Below, piece by piece: positions 45,965 to 54,606 of a stretch of 64,000 bases of DNA. A model generated the notes under the pieces. The model did not search any database. It worked only from the letters and a program-made list of their open reading frames with translations, and was not told the origin of the DNA. The translations under genes and the position numbers were made by a program. How positions within the stretch are numbered: the first letter of the stretch is position 1; every line of letters begins with the position of its first letter. The stretch is from Anaerolineales bacterium (GTDB lineage: Bacteria; Chloroflexota; Anaerolineae; Anaerolineales; Villigracilaceae), in NCBI GenBank assembly GCA_016744335.1, contig JADGEO010000008.1:15736-79735 (forward strand), read 5' to 3'.

Positions 45965-47929
45965 CTACGGGACAATAAAATACTGGCACGGGTTAGTCGG
46001 AGCGGGGCTGGGGTATGTCCAGGCATATGGAAGGAGTTTGGGTACGTTATGCATACGGTTAGATACAATACCATAACCATTACCGGGGACTGCAATGCCA
46101 ATGGTATGGAATTCTTCGGCTGCGATTTCTAATATATTCATCATCAATTCATCTTGGACAGATGTATCAGCAGTGGCTTTAATTTGGTCATAGAGTTCCA
46201 TTTGTTGTTGTGCCCACAAAGGAGGGACTTCACTCTCGAAATACTCGTTTGGTGAATACCACCAGACCCATTTCATACCATACCCTGCCTCTGCATTACC
46301 AGGAAAATACATCCCTGGCGTCAGAATAACATCAAGTCCGCCAGTACCTGACCAAACTAAGGCATCATGGGTGGCAAAATTGCGGCTTTCATCTAATTCC
46401 TGCCAGCCTTTTTCTTCAATTATGGTGCGGATGCCAACTGCCTCCCAATCCTCTTTGATCAGTTTAAGTGCCTCAGGCCAGTCTTTGTTGAATACATCTG
46501 CGACTTCAATCGTGATAGTTAAACTATTCCCATCTAGGTCTTTACGGAAGCCATCCTGTTCTTTTTCTGTGAGACCAGCTTGGTCTAGATATTCTCGTGC
46601 TAAATCAGGATCGTAGTCTGTGTATTGGGTTGCAAGTTTTTCGTTATAAAAGTGGGATTCGGGACGAGGGGCTGCCTGATAAGGGGCTAAGGCGTTAGTG
46701 AAGACTTGGTCGATAATTCGTTGACGATTGATAGCCAATGATAGGCCAACTCGAAAATCTTTATCTAAGAAAATCTTCCGTTTTACAGGATCGGGGTGAG
46801 TGAGGTTAAATTGGATAACCATCTCATTCATATCGCTAGGTTTGGTGGCCACAAACCAGTAATCAGTTAAAGATTTGGTGTACAAATCTTGATTCTCTGG
46901 TTTATTGATATGTCGTATTTGCATATCGATCTTGCCAGCGGTGGCCAGTTTAACAAGTTCATCGGCCGATTCGGCTAGGGTGAAATGTAGTTCATCGATA
47001 TAAGGAAGTTGCTGAAAATTCGTATCTATCTTCCAGTAATATGGGTTTCGGTGGGCATTTAGGAAACCGCTATCATTGGGTTCATAGGCGGTGGAAAAAA
47101 CCCATGCGTGCAGGGTTGGGATTTCAGGGTTCCACCAGCATCGCTTTGAGTGATTAAAGCGATGTTGCCAATTATCGAATCCGAGTTCTTTGGCAATTAT
47201 ATCGGCTTCAGATGAGTTTTCAGGCAAAAACTGTTCCAAATAGTGTCGTGGATATGAAGTGATGTCGGCACCTCTAGGGAATGCAAGGTATTGAAGAAAT
47301 AACCCATAAGGTTGACTGAAGCGAATGATAAAACTGGTGTCTGAAAGGATTTCAACCTCCCATGATTCGCCACCTGGTGCCAACCAATCTGGCGGGCCAT
47401 TAGGGAAAAAATCTTGATTTTGAGTCCATTCATAATAGAAAAGAATATCAGAGCTTGTAAAAGGATGTCCATCAGACCAACGCATACCTTCTCTAAGAGT
47501 AAAGGTGAAAGCAGTTGAATCTTTGTTGACTTCAACTGATTGGGCAATATTAGGGATTGTTTTTGTCCAGTTGGCATCCCACTGAACCAAATTTTCATAG
47601 GTAAAGGTGCGCACGAAAAGTCCTGTATCCTTGGAATTCAATGCACCCATGCGCCAAGTGCCGCCGTAAACACCAACACGCTCTACTGGCTGGATGAGCA
47701 TAGGATTAGTGGGTAAACGCTCTTCTACCGAAGGAAGTTCGTCATTGATAACCATCGCAGCTAATTGAGGAGCTTCATTATAGATAGATTTGGAGTCAAC
47801 ATCAGGTTCTTCTGTAAGAGTTGCCTTCTGCACAGTTTCAATCTCATCCAACTCCTGTGTTGACCTACATCCTGCCATGTCTATTGACAGCAATATCCCC
47901 AATATGATAACAACAATTGTTTTTTTCAT
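45965..47929 (-). CDS. orphan extracellular solute-binding lipoprotein (ABC family-5, peptide/oligosaccharide type)
   Basis: The lipoprotein signal is MKKTIVVIILGILLSIDMAG|C. The ~650-aa size and sequence resemble family-5 SBPs (RWSDGHPFTSSDILFYY, HFTLAESADE). No permease or ATPase gene lies nearby. Confidence 0.75.
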   Translation of the reverse strand: MKKTIVVIILGILLSIDMAGCRSTQELDEIETVQKATLTEEPDVDSKSIYNEAPQLAAMVINDELPSVEERLPTNPMLIQPVERVGVYGGTWRMGALNSKDTGLFVRTFTYENLVQWDANWTKTIPNIAQSVEVNKDSTAFTFTLREGMRWSDGHPFTSSDILFYYEWTQNQDFFPNGPPDWLAPGGESWEVEILSDTSFIIRFSQPYGLFLQYLAFPRGADITSYPRHYLEQFLPENSSEADIIAKELGFDNWQHRFNHSKRCWWNPEIPTLHAWVFSTAYEPNDSGFLNAHRNPYYWKIDTNFQQLPYIDELHFTLAESADELVKLATAGKIDMQIRHINKPENQDLYTKSLTDYWFVATKPSDMNEMVIQFNLTHPDPVKRKIFLDKDFRVGLSLAINRQRIIDQVFTNALAPYQAAPRPESHFYNEKLATQYTDYDPDLAREYLDQAGLTEKEQDGFRKDLDGNSLTITIEVADVFNKDWPEALKLIKEDWEAVGIRTIIEEKGWQELDESRNFATHDALVWSGTGGLDVILTPGMYFPGNAEAGYGMKWVWWYSPNEYFESEVPPLWAQQQMELYDQIKATADTSVQDELMMNILEIAAEEFHTIGIAVPGNGYGIVSNRMHNVPKLLPYAWTYPSPAPTNPCQYFIVP

Positions 47930-47984
47930 GGTGCTCTCTTTTAGTATACGTGGGATAAACCGAATATATATGCCTCTTCTTTTC

Positions 47985-48472
47985 TCATTCATCTTTCATC
48001 TCTACGCACCAATTATTGTCCACCGGTAAGGCAAGATAAAAACGCGTGCCTTTCCCTTCTTCGCTCTTAAAGGCCAATTTACCGTGGTGATCTTGAACGA
48101 TACCGAGACTGATAGAGAGACCTAATCCCGTTCTTGTAGCACGTTCTTTGGTGGTGTAAAAAGGAACAAAAATACTTTCTCTGATTCTAAAGGGAATATC
48201 TGCCTTAAAATCGTTCGTAGCTATCTTCGACTTTCTTTCTCGAAGAGATTTACGCTCACGTCATAATTTTGTCTGGGTCATACTCTGGGTTGAGGGTATC
48301 ACGGGCAAAGGTCAGTAAGTTGTGCACGATCTCTGCTACGCGTTTGGTTTCATAAATTATTGCAGAGGAAAACTTGTTCAATTGCTTCTGGCTTAGGTCT
48401 AGACGCTCATCAATCACCTGAGCATAGTTTATGATGCCCATGATAGGGTTATTGATTTCGTGAGCTACGCCC
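47985..48472 (-). pseudogene. decayed, 5'-truncated sixth copy of the shared kinase transmitter cassette
   Basis: It aligns with the 3' end of kinase E (43481-44190) but has several indels and an internal deletion of roughly 190 nt. Similarity stops abruptly at ~48471, inside the H-box (AHEINNP). Only a 61-aa ORF fragment survives. Confidence 0.85.
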
Positions 48473-48699
48473 CTCTTACATCTTTAACAATATATTCGCT
48501 GTCAATGACAATTACATTTTTGTTAATACTGTCTGAAAATAGCATTGGTTTTCTTTGAGCGTATCCTTTGTTTGTACTTGCTCTATTTTATCTGCTATCT
48601 CTTAAACATCTATCTTTACTATAGCATATTTAGCTTGTAAGAAATATATTGATTAGATGACAAAAGCTTTCCTTTTTCTTGGATAAAAAAACCGCTTCG

Positions 48700-48850
48700 C
48701 ACTTGCCCTCAACTTGGGTGCCGATATTTGATGTTCTCTTGGCGTAAACAGGGGCAAGGCGTTCACATCAAGATTCTGTTTGGGGTTTGCACCCCAGCCT
48801 AAAACACGTATGCCAAGCCTGCCGAAGTCCGCACGATGTAGGTTTCCATT
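48700..48850 (+). repeat. structured intergenic element, copy E (CTTGAGTGC-core family)
   Basis: P2 is CTTGGGTGC (48713-48721) / GCACCCCAG (48789-48797). P3 is TCTTGGCGT (48737-48745) / ACATCAAGA (48765-48773). The core AGGCGTTCACATCAAGATTCTGTTTGGGGTTTGCAC is nearly identical to copy F. Confidence 0.65.
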
Positions 48851-48900
48851 CTAGAGCAGTTGCGCCATCGAGTTTGAAGTGTACCTTTATTTCTTTTCTT

Positions 48901-51129
48901 CTATTCACCCATTGCTACTCGAAATCCAAAATCATACCAGTATGATGGCGCCATTCTATAGCGCGCTGAACAGCGCGCATATTCGTAACTCATAATAAAA
49001 GAGCCTCCCCGCAATACACGGTATTTCCCAATTTTAGGACCTTTGGGGTCTCTTTCTATAATTTGGGTACGTTTTTTATATTCCTTAGTATTAAACCAAT
49101 CAGAGCACCATTCCCAGATATTTCCACTCATGTCAACGCATCCGTATGGGCTATCGCCTTGTGGCGAAAAATGACCAAGAGGTGTTACTCTTCCTATTTT
49201 TCTTTCAGCTGTATTGCAATACTTTGTGTTGAACTGATTTCCCCATGGATAAAGACGCCCATCTGTGCCTCGTGATGCTTTTTCCCACTCTGCTTCGGTA
49301 GGTAATCGATAGTTTTTATTAGTTTGCTCGCTAAGCCATTCACAATACTCGTTAGCGGCTTTCCATGTGACATTTACTACTGGGAAGTCGCCTTTATCTT
49401 TAGGAAAGTTATGGTTTTGCCAGCCAACTGGTTGCTCTAATTTTACATCTCTAATAAATGCTTGATATTCATGATTGGTGATCAGGTATTTGCCAATACG
49501 ATAATCTGAAAGATTGACCGTATGTTGTGGTGTCTCACGCCGTATTCTTTCGAGCGATATTCCTGAATTTATGAGATCTTGAACTTGTTTTTGAGTGCTT
49601 CCCATGAGGAAATTGCCTGCGGGGATATGTATTGTTTGAGGTTCAAAAAAAATTCGCGGATGGGTTATTGATATATTTTTGTTCATCTCAACGTTACGCG
49701 TTAGGGTGAAGTAGCTTCTGATCTCGTTTGGTGTCAGATCGCTAAAGTTAACATCTGGCATATTGAGAGGATGAAGTGTTAAGATGCGATGTACAGCTTC
49801 ATTGGTAGAAAATGAGGCTACAGTTGGGTTTAGTTCTACTTTTCGTTTTCTGTCTGGCTGAGAGTTATCTTGAGAGTTATCTTGAGAGGCTGGTAAAAAA
49901 TCAACAGTGTAATAGTTTTCTAAATCACGTAAAAAACGCGGAGATTCTTTTAGCCTGCTGTATAGCTCAGGTGCTACGGCTTGAATTGTAACTATTTTGG
50001 CTAAACGTGCTGGTTTGATTTGGTGTTTTGATTGAGTAAAACGTTTTTGTGCTAAGTTCCAGAGCAATAGAAAAACATTTACTGTGCGTTTCACGAGGCG
50101 TGGGTTATCTTCTAGGCCCATTGCAAAAATTTGGGGACAAGCAGGGTGGGGCCATTCAGGTACCAGAGAATTAACAAAATTAGTTGAGATTTGCCTATCT
50201 ATAGGTGGGATTTGAAATGGAAGTTGAATGATTTTTTCAAGATAACGTGTTCCTTTAAGAAGGTTATTATATTCATTTGGTTTTTGTTGAATATCGTTGT
50301 TTCCATTTTCGAAATCAGCGTATTTGATTTCAATACCTTGTGTAATAATACTTTGGTCTGCACCTATGACAAAAACACAGCCAGGTGTATCAAGAAAGAG
50401 TTTGATAGCCTCTAGCGTTTCTACTGCTTTCTCTGGAAGGCAACGATCTAAATCGTCAATAAAAATAACTAACCGTAAATTCTTTTTGATTAGATATTCA
50501 TCTGCTAATTCTGTAAAATGTTTCTGAAATTGCTCTGAAAATCTTACCTGCTCAATATGTTCATTGACACGCTCTCGTTGAATTGAAGAGAAAATTTTGG
50601 TAAGTGCTTGTTCGGAATGTTCCGTATTGCGCAGTTCTTTTAATAGGTCAGAGACAATTGTGCCGCCCGGTAAAATTGATAACCCTACCTGTACTGCACT
50701 TTCAGCGGCTCCATATCCTAGCTTATCCCACTCAACTGTGATACCGCCGAGTTTCTCTACCGTTACGGGTTGATAGAGTGCCATTTTCAAGCGTTCAAGT
50801 TTTTCAATATCTTCAGGTTTATCATTAGGGATTGCCTCTTTGAGTGATACTAAAGTGCTTAAAAGGAATGCTCTCCAAACTGTCTCTTCTTTATCATACA
50901 TCCATGCGTTGAACCATGTTGTGCGAAAAGATTTGGGCAATCTTTTGCGCATCATAAGCATTAACGATGTTTTTCCTGAGCCCCATGTTCCAAAAATGCC
51001 AATTGTTAATGGGGTGTCTGTAGTAGGAGAAATGATAATATCGACTAAGGAATCAACGTAAGGTGTAAAATCAAGTGTGTCTTTATCTGTAGGGAAATCA
51101 TTTAATGTATATGCTTGTGAAGGTTTCAT
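48901..51129 (-). CDS. KAP-family P-loop NTPase fused to a C-terminal FGE/SUMF1-like (formylglycine-generating-enzyme fold) domain
   Basis: The Walker A is IGIFGTWGSGKTSLM, and the KAP-type Walker B region is VIFIDDLDRCLPEKAVETLEAIKLFL. The C-terminal FGE-like motifs are PAGNFLMGS, YRLPTEAEWEKA, GNIWEWCSDWF and RVLRGGSF. The start overlaps the stop of the upstream kinase (ATGA). Confidence 0.85.
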   Translation of the reverse strand: MKPSQAYTLNDFPTDKDTLDFTPYVDSLVDIIISPTTDTPLTIGIFGTWGSGKTSLMLMMRKRLPKSFRTTWFNAWMYDKEETVWRAFLLSTLVSLKEAIPNDKPEDIEKLERLKMALYQPVTVEKLGGITVEWDKLGYGAAESAVQVGLSILPGGTIVSDLLKELRNTEHSEQALTKIFSSIQRERVNEHIEQVRFSEQFQKHFTELADEYLIKKNLRLVIFIDDLDRCLPEKAVETLEAIKLFLDTPGCVFVIGADQSIITQGIEIKYADFENGNNDIQQKPNEYNNLLKGTRYLEKIIQLPFQIPPIDRQISTNFVNSLVPEWPHPACPQIFAMGLEDNPRLVKRTVNVFLLLWNLAQKRFTQSKHQIKPARLAKIVTIQAVAPELYSRLKESPRFLRDLENYYTVDFLPASQDNSQDNSQPDRKRKVELNPTVASFSTNEAVHRILTLHPLNMPDVNFSDLTPNEIRSYFTLTRNVEMNKNISITHPRIFFEPQTIHIPAGNFLMGSTQKQVQDLINSGISLERIRRETPQHTVNLSDYRIGKYLITNHEYQAFIRDVKLEQPVGWQNHNFPKDKGDFPVVNVTWKAANEYCEWLSEQTNKNYRLPTEAEWEKASRGTDGRLYPWGNQFNTKYCNTAERKIGRVTPLGHFSPQGDSPYGCVDMSGNIWEWCSDWFNTKEYKKRTQIIERDPKGPKIGKYRVLRGGSFIMSYEYARCSARYRMAPSYWYDFGFRVAMGE
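49861..49889 (-). repeat. 12-bp tandem duplication inside the KAP-FGE linker (encodes SQDN-SQDN-SQ)
   Basis: AGAGTTATCTTG occurs at 49861-49872 and again at 49873-49884, followed by a partial third unit. Confidence 0.8.
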
Positions 51130-53078
51130 AGTGTTTTTGCTTTCTTCAAACGAACCGTAAAAATTGTGCCTTCATTGGGCCTGCTTTCTACGGTGATTTC
51201 TCCGCCCATTTCTTTGATGATTGAGCTTACAATATAAAGCCCTATGCCGCTTCCCGGAATTTCGGCAAGGGTCACGTTTTTAGCACGGAAAAAACGCTGG
51301 AATAAATAGGGGATATCCTCTTCGGGGATGCCAACGCCATTGTCTATAATCGCGATATTTGTATGGGTTTTGTTCTCTGACACTTCAATTTTCACTTCGC
51401 TACCATTCGGAGAGAACTTGGTGGCGTTGGTGAGTAAATTAATAAAGACTTGTTGCAATCCACTTTTATCGCCTAAGGCGGTATAAGTTTTATTTCGCCC
51501 GCTAAGGCGTAATGATATTTGCCGCTTTGCAACAATCGGTTGAACAGATCGCATAGATTCTCGTAAGACGGGGAGTAATGAAAGCGGCTCAGATTTGATT
51601 TCCATCATACCGCTCTCTAATCGTCCGGCAGATAATAGGCGGTCTATGAGGGTTTTCTGACGCTTAAGCTCAGCGTTTAGGGTGTGCCAGTATTTTCTTA
51701 GTTCTTCTCTTGAGCCACCTTCTTGAATGAGTTCTACCATCAGCATTGCGGCGGTTAAGGGAGTGCGTAGTTCATGAGAAGCACGGTTGATAAAATCTGA
51801 TTTCATTTCATCTAGTTTGGCTTGTTCTGTAATATCTCGAATGATAATGATAGCTTCTTCTGCATAAATAGGTGAGAGTTGGGCTTCATAAACGCCTTTT
51901 GCATAAGGAAGGCGAAAGGTGGTCGCTTTTTGAGGTGAAGCGAAAGTGTTTTTATTCTCTTCTCCTAAAAATTGTGAGACAATTTCTTCGGGAAAAGTCT
52001 CTTTTAGTTTCCTTCCATAAGCTAAGTCTCGATGAATATGAAGGGGATGCTCTGGTTTCGCACTGTAATCTAATATATTTCCTTTAATATCAATACGAAT
52101 GATTAGGTCTGGCAGGGCATCGACTAAAATTTGGTTTCGTGTTTCATTGAGCCGAATGGTTTCTTCATAATGATTGCGCTGTAGTACGGCATTAATTAAG
52201 TTGACCGCGGTTTGAATGGCATCTACCTCAGATTGTGACCACATTATTCTTTGCTCGTTAAAAAAGCCTATGTAGCCGCGTGTTCTAAATGCCCCGTCAA
52301 TAGGGAATGAAATAAATGATATATTCTGAGGGGTGGCGCTATCTTTTAATCTGACAGAATGCACTTGCCGATGGGAATCTAGTGTTTCGAGTGTGTTGTT
52401 CTCAAAGACTTTAGTTATATCTATTTTTTTAGATTTCCAATTTTCCCAAATATATTTTTTTTGCATTTGGGCTGGTTTTAAAGTGCGATCTAGTGCAAAA
52501 ATAGTGACGCAAGATATATTCATGATGCGCCCTAAAGCTTCTAACATAGAGGGGATTTTCCTCTCAATACTCGAAGACTGCAAGAGTTTTTCAGTTGCCT
52601 GGCTAATTGTAGAAAGAATTAAGGCATTTTGTTTTAGTATTCGCTCTGTGTTTTTCTTAACCGAAATATCACGAGCAATGCTTTGAATATAGGCGGGCTT
52701 ACCATTATCGTAAATAATTGAGGTGCTTATTTCTACAGGAATTGTGGGTCCACCCTTGCATTGAAGAACTCGCTCTTGAAGTTGCGCCCCTTGTATATTT
52801 CTTATATCATTATTGAGTAACGCCCCTTGCGAAACCACTTCGTTTACTGGTTTGCCTACCAATTCATTTTCTTTATACCCCAATAAGTTTAACGCCTGCT
52901 GGTTGGCAGTAATATAGCGAAAATCAAGCCCGATAATAAAGATAGCCTCCCCCGTTTGCTCAAATAAGGCACGATACGATAACTCATCGTCCCAGCCTTT
53001 ATCTAATGTGGGCAATGCAGATTTTTCTTTTTTTTCTTTAGCAAAATACTCACTTAGGGGAATAGTTTTTGCTTCCAT
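51126..53078 (-). CDS. cytoplasmic sensor histidine kinase (PAS - GAF-like - PAS - HisKA - HATPase)
   Basis: The H-box is SHELRTPLTA, the N/G boxes are LLTNATKFSP and DNGVGIPEED..GSGIGLYIV, and PAS units are present (e.g. ARDISVKK, IRDITEQ). No TM segments were seen. Confidence 0.9.
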   Translation of the reverse strand: MEAKTIPLSEYFAKEKKEKSALPTLDKGWDDELSYRALFEQTGEAIFIIGLDFRYITANQQALNLLGYKENELVGKPVNEVVSQGALLNNDIRNIQGAQLQERVLQCKGGPTIPVEISTSIIYDNGKPAYIQSIARDISVKKNTERILKQNALILSTISQATEKLLQSSSIERKIPSMLEALGRIMNISCVTIFALDRTLKPAQMQKKYIWENWKSKKIDITKVFENNTLETLDSHRQVHSVRLKDSATPQNISFISFPIDGAFRTRGYIGFFNEQRIMWSQSEVDAIQTAVNLINAVLQRNHYEETIRLNETRNQILVDALPDLIIRIDIKGNILDYSAKPEHPLHIHRDLAYGRKLKETFPEEIVSQFLGEENKNTFASPQKATTFRLPYAKGVYEAQLSPIYAEEAIIIIRDITEQAKLDEMKSDFINRASHELRTPLTAAMLMVELIQEGGSREELRKYWHTLNAELKRQKTLIDRLLSAGRLESGMMEIKSEPLSLLPVLRESMRSVQPIVAKRQISLRLSGRNKTYTALGDKSGLQQVFINLLTNATKFSPNGSEVKIEVSENKTHTNIAIIDNGVGIPEEDIPYLFQRFFRAKNVTLAEIPGSGIGLYIVSSIIKEMGGEITVESRPNEGTIFTVRLKKAKTL

Positions 53079-53096
53079 ATAGACCTCAGTAACTTA

Positions 53097-54203
53097 TTAA
53101 TTGGGTAACATGGCTACTACATGGCAACCGTGTTTGCTATCTATAATTTTCACGTATCCTTTATTCATTTCAAAAAATGCACGTGCGATATTTAATCCAA
53201 CACCAAGCCCTTCGTGTTCTCTTGTATCGCCTTGGCTAATCTGATAAAAGCGGTCAAAAACTTTTTCTCTTAAATCGGCGGGGACGCCAATCCCGTTATC
53301 TTCTACACTAATGCCGATGCCATTTTCAAGAGATTTTATGATTAAATTCACTTTTCCTTTATTCGGACTGAACTTGAAGGCATTATCAACGAGATGCAAT
53401 ATGACATGGGAAAATTCTCGGCGGGGAACAAAAATCTCATCTTCTGTAAGTAGCTTGGCGTTAAAGTCTAAATCTTTTTCTTTATATCTTTCTAAACGTT
53501 TTTCTAATAAATTAATAAGGTGCGTTTTCACAGCCAGCGGTTGTCTTATGTCGTTCAAGTTTCCTTGGTCTATATTAGAAAGCAAAATTAAATCAGTAGA
53601 AAGAGATTCCAAGCGATTGGCATTAGATAATGCCATGCGAATAAATTGTATTTTATCTTCTGGGTTTATAACTTTATTGTTGACTGCCAGCTCTAAGGGC
53701 ATGAGGATATTGGTAAGTGGGGTACGCAATTCATGATGAAAGTTTTGAAGAATTTCCTGTTTTAGTTTATTTAACTCTTCTTCAGCTTGCTTTTTCATTT
53801 CTTCGCGTCCGCGGGTTTGTTCAAAGTGAACTCGTTGTAAAATTGCATCAATGCGGGCAAGAAGTTCCTCTGTTTCAAATGGTTTTACAATATAATCATC
53901 TGCGCCCTCTTCGAAGCCTCGCAAGCGGTCTTCTTTCTCTGTTCGTGCGGTTAGAAAAATAAAAGGAATCGTGGCGAACTTAGCATCTTCGCGTATTATT
54001 TTACGCATTTCAAAGCCATCTAAGAAGGGCATCATCACATCTGACAGCACCAAATCAGGGGCATTCTTTTTCACCTCTTCTATCCCTTGGCGTCCATCTT
54101 TTGCCGTAATTACGCGATATCCATGGCGTTCTATTTTTGCCTTTAATCCCAATAAAATTGAAGGATCATCGTCAATAACCAATATGGTTTGTTTAGCTTT
54201 CAT
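53097..54203 (-). CDS. REC-fused histidine kinase (REC - HisKA - HATPase)
   Basis: The REC domain has VIDDDPS, LSDVMMPFLDG, LTART and KPF. The H-box is HHELRTPLT and the HATPase motifs are VDNAFKFSP and DNGIGVP..GLGVGLNIA. Confidence 0.9.
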   Translation of the reverse strand: MKAKQTILVIDDDPSILLGLKAKIERHGYRVITAKDGRQGIEEVKKNAPDLVLSDVMMPFLDGFEMRKIIREDAKFATIPFIFLTARTEKEDRLRGFEEGADDYIVKPFETEELLARIDAILQRVHFEQTRGREEMKKQAEEELNKLKQEILQNFHHELRTPLTNILMPLELAVNNKVINPEDKIQFIRMALSNANRLESLSTDLILLSNIDQGNLNDIRQPLAVKTHLINLLEKRLERYKEKDLDFNAKLLTEDEIFVPRREFSHVILHLVDNAFKFSPNKGKVNLIIKSLENGIGISVEDNGIGVPADLREKVFDRFYQISQGDTREHEGLGVGLNIARAFFEMNKGYVKIIDSKHGCHVVAMLPN

Positions 54204-54561
54204 GGGGCAATTCTCCTAAGGATTGAGTTACCCCATAAGATTTATCGACTAAAGAAGATTTGTTGTTTATAAACATAATTTGGATATTTGCCAAGGCAAT
54301 TAAATCTCCCGAATTAAGCACACAGCGAATAATTTTTTTCCCGTTGACATAAGTTCCCCCAGTCGATTGCATGTCATAAAGCACGTATTGTTTTCCTTCA
54401 AGGATTATTTCAGCATGTTCACGTGATAAAAGAGCCTCGTGAAAAACAAGATCGTTCTCTAAATTACGCCCCAACGTAGTTTTCCTTTTATTTAATGGGA
54501 CTACCTGTTTGTTGACCACAAGTGATGCCTGGTGCGAATATAGGTAGGATGAATTGTTCAT
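54193..54561 (-). CDS. FHA-domain protein
   Basis: This 122-aa ORF has the FHA core TTLGRNLENDLVFHEALLSREHAEIILEGKQYVLYDMQSTGGTYVNGKKI. A GAGGA SD precedes the start, and the gene overlaps the REC-kinase start by 11 nt. Confidence 0.85.
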   Translation of the reverse strand: MNNSSYLYSHQASLVVNKQVVPLNKRKTTLGRNLENDLVFHEALLSREHAEIILEGKQYVLYDMQSTGGTYVNGKKIIRCVLNSGDLIALANIQIMFINNKSSLVDKSYGVTQSLGELPHES

Positions 54562-54606
54562 GTTTTCGTCCTCTAATAAAGTTTAATAAGGAGTAATATA
54601 AGGGAA

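Noticed and set aside
48256-48441. A 61-aa minus-strand ORF (MGIINYAQVIDERLD...)
   Set aside because: It is the surviving reading-frame fragment of the decayed kinase cassette (47985-48472), not an independent small gene.
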